From positions 66,092,001 to 66,156,000 of the forward strand of contig NC_083224.1 of NCBI RefSeq assembly GCF_032191835.1: a stretch of DNA of 64,000 nt. Reading direction: 5' to 3'. This DNA is from Heteronotia binoei (taxonomy: Eukaryota). The position numbers and the translations under genes are program-made. Numbering within the stretch: position 1 is the first letter of the stretch; the number at the start of each line of letters is the position of its first letter. The notes beneath the pieces were generated by a model that saw only the letters and a program-made list of their open reading frames with translations, was not told where the DNA came from and ran no database searches. Positions 1 through 12,540 of the stretch are shown here, one piece after another.

Positions 1-951
1 ATTTATTTTTGTATCCCGCCCTCCCCCGCCAAAGGCAGGCTCAGGGCGGCTCACAGACATGGAGCAACCATGATTTCAATAAAATACAAACAATACAAAA
101 GACAGATTAAAATACAATTAAAATACAATTAAGTTACCGTTGTAAATTTGGTTAAAATTGGATAAAACAGCTGTTAAATGTTAATAGTTAAGGTGCTGCA
201 ATTCACAGTCATATATGAGATGGCTAGATGGCTAGAAATCAATTTAGCCGGGTTCTATCTTGAAAGCGAGCTGAAAGAGGGTGGTTTTGCAAGCCCTGCG
301 GAACTGATTCAGGTCCCGCAGGGCTCGCACCACCTCTGGAAGTTGATTACACCATCGGGGGGCCATAGCTGAGAAGGCTTGCTCCCTCATTATTTTCAAT
401 CTAGCCTCTCTTGGCCCAGGGATTTTTAAAAGGTTTTGGAAACTAGATCTCAGTGCTCTCTGGGGAACATATGGGGAGAGGCGGTCCCTAAGGTAGGCAG
501 GTCCTCGGCCATATAGGGCTTTAAAGGTAATAACCAGCACCTTATAGCGAACACGGTACACAACCGGCAGCCAGTGCAGCTCCCGCAGCCCAGGCTGCAT
601 GTGTTCCCACCGAGGTAGTCCCACCAACAGCCTGGCCACCGCGTTCTGCACCAACTGCAGTTTCCGTGTTCGGTATAAGGGCAGCCCCATGTAGAGGGCA
701 TTACAGTAGTCTAGCCTCGAGGTGACCGTTGCGTGGATCACAGTTGCCAGGTCGCTACGCTCCAAGAAGGGAGCCAACTGCCTCGTCCTCCTAAGGTGGA
801 AAAAGGCGGATTTAGCAGTGGCAGCTATCTGGGCTTCCATTGACAAGGAAGACTCCAGTAGCACTCCCAAGCTCTTGACCCTGCGCACTGGTATCGATGG
901 CGCACCGTCAAAGGCCGGTAGGGAGATATGTATGATCACAGCCATGGACAC
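1..951 (-). mobile_element. L2-clade LINE, 5'-truncated 3' fragment (RT C-terminal ORF 244..951 plus 3' UTR/tail)
   Basis: ORF has L2 motifs AFFHLRR, TSRLDYCNALYMGLP, LHWLP, YLRDRLSPY. Bases 1-55 are the reverse complement of the squamate L2 tail (GCCCTGAGCCTGCC...GGGCGGGATACAAAAATAAAT). Confidence 0.9.
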
Positions 952-954
952 CTT

Positions 955-2310
955 TTAGAGCGCATATCCAACCAGTGCTCTATCAGCTGCACTGGCTCCA
1001 GACTGAGGACCAGATCAAATTCAAGGTTCTATTTTTGACCTTAAAGCTTTTAACAGTCAGAGACAAGCATACCTTTGGGATCACCTTTCCTGGTTAGGGT
1101 TGCCAAGTCCAATTCAAGAAATATCTGGGGACTTTGGGGGCGGAGCCAGGAGACTTTGGGGGTGGAGCCAGGAACAAGAATGTGACAAGCATAATTGAAC
1201 TCCAAGGGAGTTCTGGCCATCACATTTAAAGGGACAACACACCTTTTTAAAAGCCTTTCTTTCATAGGAAATAATGAAGGATAGGGGCACCATCTTTTGG
1301 GGCTCACAGAATTGGACCCCCTGGTCCAATTGTTTTGAAACTTGGGGGGTATTTTGAGAGGAGGCACTAGATGCTATACTAAAAAAATGGTGCCTCTACC
1401 TCAAAACATAGCCCCCCCGAGCCCCCAATACCCGCGGAACAATTCCCCATTATTCCCTATGGGAATCTTTCTCCATAGGGAATAATAGAGTGCCCAGTAG
1501 ACATTTCCCTCCCCTCCATGCTTTCTAAAGTGGGGGGAGGGCCTTCAAACCAGGGAATCCCCTGCCCCCTCCCTCTCTCTCTCACACAAATACTTACTGG
1601 GTCTTGTTCCTGCAGAACTTTACTTGATCTGAAAACGAAAGCAAAACAAAGGGAGGGGCCATTCTTCGACGTCCTTCCTGCTTCCTGCTCAGCCTTAAAG
1701 GTACATATTTTAAAAACGGACCTGCAGGAGCTCTAAAACTACATGGTGACTGTGTGGGGCGGGGCTTCCCCCGCCGGCCAGCTGGCTAGGGGCGGGGAGA
1801 AGCCTGTAAAAACGGGGGAGCCCCCGCTGGGACCTGGGGATTGGGAAGCCTATTCCTGGTATGTACTCCACAGAGTGTTATGTTCGATTGAACAAAATTT
1901 GCTGGTGGTTCCTGGCCCAAAGAGCATCCAGTTGTCCTCAGCCAGAGCCTTTTTGACCATAGCCCCAGGAGAGATCAGGGCCCTGCTGGATCTGTTACAA
2001 TTCTGCAGGGCCTGCAAAACAGTTTTGTTCTGCTAGGCCTATGGTTGAGGGCAATATCGGGTGCTTGGCTGATAGGCTAGAGAACGTTTTGGCCTCTCCT
2101 TCCTTCCTCCCTTCTCCAGATGTTTTGTATTGGCCCTCTGTTTGAGTACACCATCTTAATTTGTAAATTGTTACTGTTTTACTGATTTTGTTGTGATTTA
2201 TTAACTTGCATTGTATTTTAGGAAGTTTTATTGTATAGTTATGAAGTTATTGTTACCTGCTCTGAGCTGGTTTTGGGAGAGTGAGTTCGAAATTAAATAT
2301 ATAAATACTA
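955..2310 (+). mobile_element. Degenerate L2 3' fragment interrupted by a hAT MITE
   Basis: Before 1095 it translates QPVLYQLHWLQ...KFKVLFLT...AYLWDHLSW and resumes after 1860 as YVLHRVLCS...LLVVPGP...ALLDLLQFCRACKTVLF, colinear with the L2 C-terminus of ORF 244..951. Confidence 0.75.
1095..1852. mobile_element. Non-autonomous hAT-type DNA transposon
   Basis: TIR TAGGGTTGCCAA / TTGGGAAGCCTA (10/12 match) with an exact 8-bp TSD TTCCTGGT at 1087-1094 and 1853-1860. Confidence 0.85.
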
Positions 2311-2343
2311 AAACTTCTCTTGGGCTTAGTTGAACCTATTCTT

Positions 2344-2544
2344 CAGGGCTTTCTACAAAAAAAGCCGAGCAGGAACTCATTTGCATATTATGCCACACTC
2401 CCTGACATCACCATTGTTTTGCACAGGGCTTTTTTGTAGAAAAGGCCAATTACGAACTCATTTGCCTATTAGGCAACACCCCCTGACACCAAGCCATCCG
2501 GAACTGTGTTCCTGTGCATTCCTGCTAAAAAAAAAAAGGCCCTT
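2344..2544. mobile_element. hAT-type MITE (~200 bp)
   Basis: Ends CAGGGCTTT... / ...AAAGGCCCTT with an exact 8-bp TSD CTATTCTT at 2336-2343 and 2545-2552. An internal CAGGGCTTT...ACTCATTTGC unit occurs twice. Confidence 0.85.
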
Positions 2545-3558
2545 CTATTCTTACTAAGCATTTAATACTCATTTGACTTTGTGATAACCTAACTTTATGA
2601 GCTGTACTTTCCCCTAATAATGCATGCCCAGCTCTACACCTCCCGCTTTGTTCTTCTGATGAAAGGAGAACTGTAGAGGATGTTTCTGCTGGCAAGAGAG
2701 GCAGAGCTTCACTTCAGTGTTCATGCTTCATGACAATCTATCCCCAAGTTCTCTTGCCACCCAGTATTGTCTATTCCAGGGAAGTTGGGGGCTCTCTCTC
2801 TCGGCTTGGCTTCGCGAACGAAGATTTAAGAAGGGTGCAATAGTCCACGTCCGCTGCAGGCTCGCTGGTTGGGGGCTACTGAAGTGGGAAAATGAAGGAA
2901 GACCGACTACTTGTGAGCACCCTCCAATTGTTAAACTGAATGGCTTTCCCACCTTTTAAGAGAGTTGAAGGGAGGAGAGGGAGAAAAGGCAGGGGTGGTG
3001 GTGAGGGAGAGCAAGGGTAATTACTTGCAAAATCCAAGTGGGATATATTATGGCTACATTGCTCTAGCTTCCCCTTATCTTACAAGGATTCTTTTGGTCC
3101 AGTAGTCCTGGAGAGGAAAGTATGTTGGTATCTAGCTGTTTTTGTTCAGTTGCTAGAATTTTTGGCTAAAACTCATGCTTTGCAAAGACTGTCAAGATCT
3201 ATAAGCAAGCTACCACTGTAGAATACCTAGCCACGACAGACACTCCTGCTGGCAGAATATGCAACATAACTCCTGTACAAAGCTTCCAGTAAATAATCAA
3301 TTTATTTTGCTGAACTACATGACTCAAAACCAGTGCACATTCCTCCATGCCTCAGTCATTGTCAGTGTTAAGTGGGAGCAGCAGCAAGATCTTCCACAGC
3401 AGTAATTCTTCAGGAAGACAAAGCTATTCACACATGGAATTTCTACTAAATTATTAAAATGTGAGTCAGTCAATGAGTTGGTCTGTTTCCTCATTTTAAA
3501 AATACAGAGATTAAAAATACAAACACAAAATCCAACTGTCACAGTTAAGGCATAGGGG

Positions 3559-3638
3559 CCTGCACAAGAAAGCTCGTACCTTGAATAAACTTTTGTTGGT
3601 GTTTAAAGGTGCCACTGGACTCAAAATTTGTTCTGTAG
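3559..3638 (+). mobile_element. Penelope-like element terminal remnant
   Basis: GAAAGCTCGTACCTTGAATAAACTTTTGTTGGTGTTTAAAGGTGCCACTGGACTC resembles reptile PLE termini (from memory). A shorter related piece lies at 54908-54945. Confidence 0.45.
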
Positions 3639-5484
3639 TTAAGACATGAGTGTGAATTTACAACACAAGGGGGCGCTAGAGATATATTTATTGCACAGTC
3701 TTGGAGTCTAATCTTGTGACTGCCAGAAACAGATTTGTAAATGTTTAACTACTTTATGTCAATCCACCAGGAAAGAACAAGGGAGCCCAAATAAAAAAGG
3801 TCCATAACTTTAGATTTGTTGCCAGCAATCTTTTTTAACTCATTGAAGCAGGTATGCAGATATGCAAGACACCCAGGGTACAGGTTTACATCAAGATCAC
3901 ACATATTGCCTCAGGCCCAGATACCTGGATTTTCCAGTGCTCCTTATGTCATATAATCATTTTAAAAAATCGGTGTCAAACATGCTCTTAACCCAGAAGC
4001 ATCCCCGCCACCTGGCCCATCCCAAAGGATGGAGACAGACTACTTTCACAATGAGGGGGTAAACAAAACAAACCCCTCCCCCCCAAAAAAATCCCTTGAG
4101 CTGAAACCACTGGGTTATAGAGCACTTCTTATAAATTCAAGAGAATAATCCTAAACCTCCTTCACTCCTGCCAGTTCTAGGCAGCATGAGAGTTGGGTTC
4201 CCAGATCTAGAAATAGGGCTGGGTGAAGAAGATTGCTATAGGAGATTACTGATTTAAGTGCAACATGTCAGAGGGCACTGGGTGGAACCTTTATGTGTTT
4301 GAGATGTTGTAAAGAACATTTTGAAGCATTCCAGGGTGGGGTAAGGGCTTTCCACAAGGGCCTCCACTCCTACCAGGGGGTGGGAATTGCTGCTGGATCA
4401 CAACCTCAAGTGTATGAGAGCTGGCAAAGGGCCCATCTCAAAAGCTTAGCAACTGGCAGAAGACTTGTAAAGTCTCTGGTTTAACTGGTTACCATCTCAA
4501 ACACACTGATGCTGTGAATAAACTTGCACTTGCTTAAAGGCACACCTAAAGAACACACCCCTTGCTAATGAGCAAACCTGTCCCACTCCCAGGAAAAACC
4601 CACAAAACTTAAGACAGCTGGTTCATTTGGACATGATGCAAGATTAATGCATGAAACAGAATGTGCACCAGAAATGAAAGACTGAAGAACATGGCTGTAC
4701 AGGTGGAAGATCAGCAGGATGGCCTGAAACTCACACGTTTAGGAATGCCTCTTAAAACCATCTGTTTCTTTTATGTGTATTTTAAGAATGTATCTGTCAG
4801 AAGACCTGTTGAAAGAATACCTGGGTGCAAGAAGGCAAGAGAATATGGTGAAAGCTATCCCAATACATGAAAAGTATATTTACATCTGAACTGAATTCTG
4901 TTTTAGCAGAAGCTTGTGGAAGTCACAGAGAATAGCACACAGCAAATACACAAATCACTATGCAATTGTCAAAAGTTTATGGAATCTGCAAGTTGTTACC
5001 TAGGTAACAATTACACCATAGTTATTTGAATGGAAAAGTGATAGTTTTTAAATGTTTTGGGTTTTCCAAATGTGCATCTGTGACATTCTAATTTCTGGAA
5101 TAACTTTAATTTTTAAATATAAGCCATCACATTAGCAGAAAGGCTTTTCAATAATTGTGGCAGAGTTGCACAAAGAAAACTCCATTGTATGCAACGAGCT
5201 GGTTCTGCTTGTGCAAAGTAGAGTGCGAGAACTATTATGTTGACCTAAATTTTAAATTTAAAAAATCACTTATAGCATGATATTTCAAAGATGGAAATGG
5301 TAAGTGTTCGCAGATGTGCAAGGTCCATAACATGTCTTGCACTGCTGTTTGTACAATGATCATTGCATTAATGGAACACTGTTTTGTTAGGGTTTTTGTT
5401 TTTAGGTTCATGCCAATGGCTGAGCTCTTTGCTCTTCTGATCAAATAAGAGACCTCTGTGTTTGCTGTGCAGGCATGAAACTGT

Positions 5485-6545
5485 CTCAAACTCTTCAGCC
5501 TTTCCTCATAGGAAAGGGGCCCTTATAATCTTGGTTGCCCTCTTCTGTACTTCTTCCAGCTCTGCAATGTTTTCTTTTTAGATATTGTGACCAGAGCTGC
5601 ACACAGTATTCCAAATGAGGCTGCACCATAGATCTATACAGGGACATGGTAATACTGGTTGTTTTATTTTCAGTTTCTTCCCTATTAATCCCCAACATAG
5701 AATTTGCTCCCCCTCCCCACTGCAGCAGCACATAGAGCTGACACTTTCATTGAACTAATACAACCAAGATCTTTCCCCCTCTCCATCTCAGCAAGTTCAG
5801 ACCCTCTTAGAAGTGGGGATTTTTTGTTATAATATGCATCACCTAACACGAACCTAGTAAGAGCCCCGTGGCGCAGAGTGTTAAAGCTGCAGTACTGCAG
5901 TCCCTAAGCTCTGCTCACGACCTGAGTTCGATCCTAGTGGAAGCTGGTTCAGGTAGCCGGCTCCAGGTTGACTCAACCTTCCATCCTTCTGAGGTCGGTA
6001 AAATGAGTACCCAGCTTGCTGGGGGGGAAAGTGTAGATGACTGGGGAAGGCAATGGCAAACCACCTCATAAAAAGTCTGCCGTGAAAACGTTGTGAAAGC
6101 AACGTCACCCGAGTTGAAAATGACTGGTGCTTGCACAAGGGACTACCTTTACCTTTTTTTTTTTTTTAACACTAACCTACATTGAACTTGATCTGCAACT
6201 GCAACACTGTTGCCCACTCATCCCATTTGTGGAGATCCTCCTGGAGCTCTTCAGTCAGCTTTGGTTTTCACCATCCTAAATAATTTGGTGCCATCTGCAA
6301 ACCTGGCAACTGGCTATACTGCTCCCTGCCTCCCCCTTCCCAGTTCCAGATCATTTATGAAAATTAAATACCACCAGCTCCAGTACTGATCTTTGCGGGA
6401 TTCCACTGCTTACCTCCCCTCCATTGAAAAAACTGTCCATTTATTTCTACCGTCCGCTTCCTTTTGTTTAATCAGTCTTTAAGACAGAAGAGAATCTGTC
6501 CTTTTGTTCCATGACTTCTAAGCTTATTCAGGAGTTTTTGATGAG
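5485..6545 (-). mobile_element. CR1 LINE RT fragment, degenerate, interrupted by a SINE
   Basis: Minus-strand ORF 5495..5731 (LYRSMVQPHLEYCVQLWS) and FADGTKLFR-like sequence near 6270-6300 match the CR1 copy at 18.3-19.1 kb. Confidence 0.8.
5857..6166 (+). mobile_element. Sauria-type SINE (BovB/RTE-like tail)
   Basis: tRNA-like head, GGGGAAGGCAATGGCAAACCAC core and GGGACTACCTTTACCTTT tail. 13-bp TSD TAACAC(G/T)AACCTA at 5844-5856 and 6167-6179. Confidence 0.85.
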
Positions 6546-6672
6546 GCAATTGATTCCTACGAGTGAAAGCAACTGATTTATTGGAGAAGAAAGCAACTGA
6601 TTTATTGGAGAATCCACAAAAGTCCATTTCCATGCAACATAGGTACTTTGTATATATAACACTTTTAGGAGA

Positions 6673-6842
6673 TAAGAACATAAGAGAAGCCATGTTGGAT
6701 CAGGCCAACGGCCCATCCAGTCCAACACTCTGTGTCACACAGTGGAAAATTTTTTTATATATACACTCACACTGTGGCTAATAGCCACTGATGGACCTGT
6801 GCTCCATATTTTTATCTAAACCCCTCTTGAAGGTGGCTATGA
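6673..6842 (-). mobile_element. CR1 3' end
   Basis: Reverse complement of the CR1 3' end seen at 19355-19591 (TAAGAACATAAGAGAAGCCATGTTGGATCAGGCC...). Confidence 0.85.
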
Positions 6843-8396
6843 GTCTTCCTTGCAAGTAAATAAGGTAGTTTTTCAGCACCCCCCCCCATATGCCCAGCCT
6901 CAGCAGCTGAGCACTGCTACAATCAGTCTCCCGCTCTTTGTTTCCTCTCCTCCCCCTTCCTCCCTCTGGGGATCTCAAGGAGGCACACCAAACCCCGCCC
7001 CCCTTCACTGCACCATCCTCACCACTATCCCTGTGAAGTGGTCCAGGCTGAGTCACCAGCCCTGGGTGACCAAGACAACAAGTTTCTGGGTCAGAAGGGG
7101 GGGGGGTGTCTGAAGCTGGCTCTCCCAGATCCCACTACCACCAGTTTTCATGGTTCCTGCATTTCCCTCAGAAGCAGTGGAGCTGAAAGAAAGCCCTAAT
7201 GGAGAGGCTGGTTCTAAAACCTCTAATGGGTGCTTTTTGTCCTTCTGCAACTCCTTTTCCTTCATGGGTTGAGAACAGGTGAGGGGGAGAAGGGAAGTAT
7301 CTCACCTTCTCTGACACTCACTCTGCCTGCTGGATCTGTGGCTGCATGCAGCTATGACAGCAGTGCCTTTCCCCTTTCTCTCCTCCACTTGCTTCCAAGG
7401 TCAGGGTATCTTTCCCCTCGGAGCAGCATGCACAGCTACCTCCCAATCCATGTGCTGTCCCTCCTCCTCTCTCTCTTGCTGGCCTTATTTCTTTGCTGGC
7501 AAACTTTCTCTTTGGATGCACACTCTTTCTCACCCACCTCATTGGTTGTCATTTGGTGCAGCAGCGGCAGTGCTGGCCACTCCTCCATATAGAGACTTTG
7601 CCAACCCTCACTAACCTGTTGTCAAAGGTGGGAGGAAAAAAAATGCCTCCAATTTCTCTGCCTTTGCTGCCATTCCCATTTTACCTCAGGCTCATAGTCC
7701 TGCCCTCTAGCCATTTCCTATTTCTTGACAGCTTTGACCCCACACACCTCACCGTGTGCACTGTGAGCGAGAGTCCCCTATTGTTACTAATATACGGACA
7801 TTGTGATCACTAGTTTGGTTGCCAGGGTGCCTGAAGTTCAGACTCACACACATCTGCACTAAAACTTAGGTTTTGGATTGACATTTTACTACAGGCCTTG
7901 TGTAAATGCTGACTGCCTCACCTCTCCAACCCTGCTTCATATGGTTAGCCAGAGTAAAAAGCAACCTCCCAGCCTCCCCGTTGCTTGCTTCATCTCAACT
8001 GTTGCAGTGGAAAAAGATCGCGTTGCTGTGAGCTGTCCAGTCAAGTGGTTTCCAGCTCTCTTACAACGAAAGCCATTTTGCAAGGCTAACACTACCAGCA
8101 ACCATCTTCATGTATTTCCAGACGCTGCTAGGGAGAAGTGGGATGCCCACGCATCCAGCAGTATCTGCATAAGGCAATCAAGCTTATTGTGGGCGTGCAT
8201 CCTGCCAGACAGCCCAAATTTTTGTCAACAGAACACTCCACAAAAGAGGCCATCCAGAAGAGGAAGTCTAGTCTTAATCCAGAGCCACAGCTATTGTGTA
8301 AATCGGGTGTCAGTTTAGGTATCAGTTTGGCCCTTTATTGTCTAGATAAGTTTGTATAGCCTGTTTTAATCCCCTCAGCCCATGCCTCACCCCAAC

Positions 8397-9697
8397 TGTC
8401 ATATTGGAGACTCCCCTTTTCTGAGGTAATGTACCATGTGATGCAGCATGTCCCACCTGACCCCGTGTCACAGGTACTTGGACCTCCTACCCCCTAAGGA
8501 CACAAATCAGATTATAGAAGGCCAAGCACATGGCAGTTCTCTCTCTCTCTCTGCCTGAGCAACATGTAACCAGATTGTTCCTCCCTACCTACTCTAAGTA
8601 AGGCACATCAGATATGGCACATGGCAGTGCATGTCTATGGCCCTTTTCACACTTACCAGTGGAAACCGGAAGGGAGTCGGTATTGTGACGCTTGCAGTAA
8701 TCCGAGATAGGGATGGGAGTTTTCAGACACATGTCTTTTTTCCCGGTAGGGTTCCGTGATTGAAGCGAGCCATTTCACACTGTTCCGCTCTTATCTCGCT
8801 TCCACCGGCGCCAGCCGTTTTTGCCTGCCGGCTCGCGATCTCCAGCTTATTATTTTTTTTTTTGGAACGTCGGGCTAAGATCGCTATAGCGCTATAGCGA
8901 CGTATCACAACAGCAACACCATAGAGATGGCTAGGCTCTATTGAGATAAGTTACCAGGTTTCAGCGGTGGCGATATCTGGCATCTTAATGGAGCCCAGGC
9001 ATCCCTATGGTGATGCTGTTGTGATGCTATAGCGATCTTAGCCCGACGTCCCCCCCCAAAAAAAGCCGGAGATCGCGCGCGCCGGCGGGCGAAAAAGGGC
9101 GCGAAAACTGCTCCCGGGTTAGATACTGGACATTTCACACAGCACCCCATAGCGATTTCAACCCGGAAGGAGGGGTTGAAAAGTGGAAGAAGCTGCTCTT
9201 TGTTTGTAACGACTCAGGCATGCCTCACTACCGGGACAGCCGCGGGAGTGTGTGAAAAGGTGAGAGTATTCCGGTAGCAGCCAGTTACTGAATCGGGTCT
9301 GTCTGAAATGCCAGCAGAAACCCGTTACTGTTCAGTAACTGACCAGCTTCCATACCGGAATACATAGACTGTGTGAAAAAGCCCAGAATCTTCTAGTTGT
9401 AACTGGACCCTAAGCCCATCAGGACCAGGTAGTATACCCTATGTTTTACCCTTGTGTTACCCCTGTATTTTTCATGCTTTATTTCTTAGGCCTGTATGTG
9501 TTTTGTATGATTTTATGCCCTTGTATGCTTGACTTTACTTTATAATAAACACCCTTGATTATTAGACAACATCTCGTTACTGGGTGACTTCCAAAGGAGA
9601 AATCTTCTGTATACACAGATCCAAAAGATCTCGCTAAAGCCTAATTGCCCACCAAACTAATCTCCCAAAGTCTCTTTTGAGGGCAATTTGGCTAACA
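8397..9697 (+). mobile_element. Possible solo LTR hosting the palindromic MITE
   Basis: TGT...ACA ends, AATAAA at ~9544, flanks CAAC/GAAC (3/4 match). Weak evidence. Confidence 0.3.
8639..9384. mobile_element. CpG-rich palindromic MITE (PIF/Harbinger-like TIR)
   Basis: TIR GGCCCTTTTCACAC / GTGTGAAAAAGCCC with long internal inverted arms (e.g. GACGTCGGGCTAAGATCGCTATAGC-type arm at ~8870 and its complement at ~9027-9050). No clean TSD. Confidence 0.7.
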
Positions 9698-10249
9698 GAA
9701 CCAACTGTTCCACCACTGAGCAGCCAGTTGCTCACACCAGTTGCTTGCAGGCTGGATAAGAACACTGGACAGACCACTTCTGGCCCCCAGGCCATATGTT
9801 TGACACCCCTGGACTACAAAAATCTCAAGATAGCACAGAGAGAAATCTTACTGCCCATCTGTCATTTAGGGCAAAACATCTCATTATTTTTGGAGACTTT
9901 AGCTTGAATTTTCTATATTAAACAAGTTGGGTGCTAGTTATGACATAGAAATTTGCAAATTTCTGCAGTTACAGTATTAGAATGATATCTTGGCAAATAC
10001 ATCACCCATCCTCCAGCAGTGTCTTTGATGTGGTTTTAGGTCAATGCAAAATAGCTTGGTGACATGTTTACAAGCCATATACCTAGAATATCCACACTGA
10101 TTATTGATACCTGATAAAGCACAGAGAATTAAGATCAACCTCAAACATTTCAGAGAGCTCAGAGAGAGCAGATAAGAAGTGCTATAAGGGTGAGGTTTGG
10201 CTTTCTAAACAGCTGGGGAAGTTGCTGAGAATTTCTGAGTTTGTGTGAC

Positions 10250-12503
10250 TGTGTGATTGCTGAAGATTCTGAGTTTGTGGTTGCTGGGGAACTGCTGTTT
10301 GTTTGGTTTGAGTGGGCTGAAGGTGATTGTTGCTGATGAGCCTTTGGCGCGAGCCGAAGGGAGAGAGCTAAAGGGCTCTTGGCCTGGGGGCTGTGTAAGG
10401 ACTAGGAACCCAGATCCCTATTTTTCTTGTGTTCCCAATAAGATAAGTAGACCCTCCAGAAGGAGAGCCACATAAACAAGATTTAAAAAGGGAATGCATA
10501 TTTTAAAAAAGCTATCATGAAGGTAAAATGCCAGCAGGGGGTTGAGGGCTTTCTAGTGTTTTGCACTGAGTGTCACATGTGTGTGCTTGATGCAGAGCTC
10601 CTGGTCCTCAGGGAATGAGTTTGTACCCTTGAGGCCAAAGTGACTGACCTGGAGAAGCTGTTACTTTTCTACCGGGTAATGGATCAGAGTTGTCCACTGA
10701 GATAGTGACAAACAGTATGGAGTGTCTGCCAAAGTCTCGAGGCAGCAGGATGAAGGTTGTGGGCCTAACTTGCCTGAGAGATTATAGATGTTTGTACACA
10801 AATGCTAGAAGTGTTCAAAATAAAACTGGTGAGTTGTAATGTTTAGTGTTGGGGGAAAACATTGACATTGTGGGAATTTCAGAAACTTGGTGGAATGAGG
10901 AGAATCAGTGGGACACGGTGATTCCTGGATTTAAGTTATATTGAAAGGATAGGGAGGGAAGGGTTGGAGGTGGGGTGGCTCTATATGTCAGAGGGGATAT
11001 ACAGTCCAGTAAGGCTGAGGTCAGAGAATTAGATTCCCTTCTAGAAATGCTTTGGGTTGAAATAGAGTGCCCAAAAGGAAATTTAACTATGGGAATTTGT
11101 TATTGCCCACCAAATCAAAAGATAGAGGACGATTACAATATGATGGAAGGATTAAAGATAGTGGCTAAACGTAAAAACTGTGTCGTCATAGGTGATTTTA
11201 ACTACCCGCAGATTGAATGGGTCAATAGAGAGAAAGAGATTGAGTTTCTAGATGCTCTCAATGACTGTGCTATGGAGCAGATGGTCACAGAACCTACCAG
11301 GGGTGGGGCGATCCTGGGTTTGGTCCTAAGTAATGCCAAAGATTTGGTGAGAGATGTAAAAATGATCGCACCGCTTGGGAACAGTGACCATAACATTGAT
11401 TTCACCATTTGTATAAATAGGGAGTTGCCCCAAAAGACCAGCACAGCCACATTTAACTTTAAAAGGGGTAAATTCTCTGAGATGAGGAGGCATGTGAAGA
11501 GGAAACTGAAAGGAAAGGTAAATACAGTCAAAACCCTTGGGGAAGCTTGGAGGCTATTTAAAACTACAATCCTAGAAGCTCAGATAAAATATATACCACA
11601 AGTTAGGAAAGGCACAAACAGGTATAAGAAAAGGCCTGCATGGTTAACAAAGTAATGGAAGTTGTAAAAGGTAAGGAGGACTCCTTTAAGTGGTGGAAAG
11701 CTAGTCCAAGTGAGATTAATAAAAGGGAACACAGGCTGTGGCAAATCAAATGCAAGATTGTGATCAGGCAGGCAAAAAGGAACAAAAAACATAAAGACTA
11801 ACAATAAATATAAAGTCTAACAATTAAAATTTCTTCAAATATATTAGAAGCAGGAAACCAGCCAGGGAGGAAGTGGGGCCCTTGGATGACCATGGGGTAA
11901 AAGGATTACTGAAGGAGGATAGGGAAATGGCTGAGAAGCTGAATGCATTTTTTTGCCTCATAAGAACATAAGAGAAGTCATGTTGGATCAGGCCAATGGC
12001 CTCTGTCTTCGCTGTGGAAGATGAGAAGTGTTTGCCTGCTCCGGAACCACTAATTTTGGAAGGGGTGTTGAAAGACCTGAGTCAGATTGAGGTGACAAGA
12101 GAGGAGGTCCTACAACTGATTGACGAATTAAAAACTAATAAGTCACCAGGTCTGGATGGCATACATCCAAGAGTTCTGAAAGAACTCAAAGTTGAACTTG
12201 TGGATCTCCTGACAAAAATATGTAATCTTTCATTGAAATCTGCCTCTGTTCCTGAGGACTGGAAGGTAGCAAATGTTACCCCCATCTTTAAAAAGGGTTC
12301 CAGAGGAGATCCGGGAAATTACAGGCCACTCAGTCTGACTTCAACACTGGGAAAGTTGGTAGAAACCATTATCAAGGACAGAATGAGTAGGCACATTGAT
12401 GAACAAAAGTTATTGAGGAAGACTCAGCATGGGTTCTGTAAGGGAAGATCTTGCCTCACTAATCTGTTACAGTTCTTTGAGGGGGTGAATAAACATGTGG
12501 GCA
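10250..12503 (+). mobile_element. CR1 LINE, 5' portion (ORF1 remnant, endonuclease, start of RT); decayed
   Basis: ORF1-like VFCTECHM at ~10555. ORF2 CLYTNARSVQNK, GDFNYP, SDH, then PGNYRPLSLTS...SCLTNLLQFFEGVNKHVG, stopping at the DIRS junction. 5' boundary approximate. Confidence 0.9.
11960..11998 (-). mobile_element. 39-bp extremely truncated CR1 3'-end insertion inside CR1 ORF2
   Basis: ATAAGAACATAAGAGAAGTCATGTTGGATCAGGCCAATG flanked by GCCTC repeats (11955-11959, 11999-12003). Removal restores FFASVF. Confidence 0.75.
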
Positions 12504-12540
12504 AACGGAAGATTCTATTCACTTACCGTGAAAGTCTTCC

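Noticed and set aside
6565-6612. 24-bp tandem duplication (a similar one lies at ~39274-39325)
   Set aside because: Ordinary slippage duplications with only two units and no spacer array; not CRISPR-like.
7100-8330. Cluster of 70-146 aa ORFs, possible upstream exons of a neighbouring gene (WNT2B lies next to CTTNBP2NL in human)
   Set aside because: No recognisable protein similarity or convincing exon structure.
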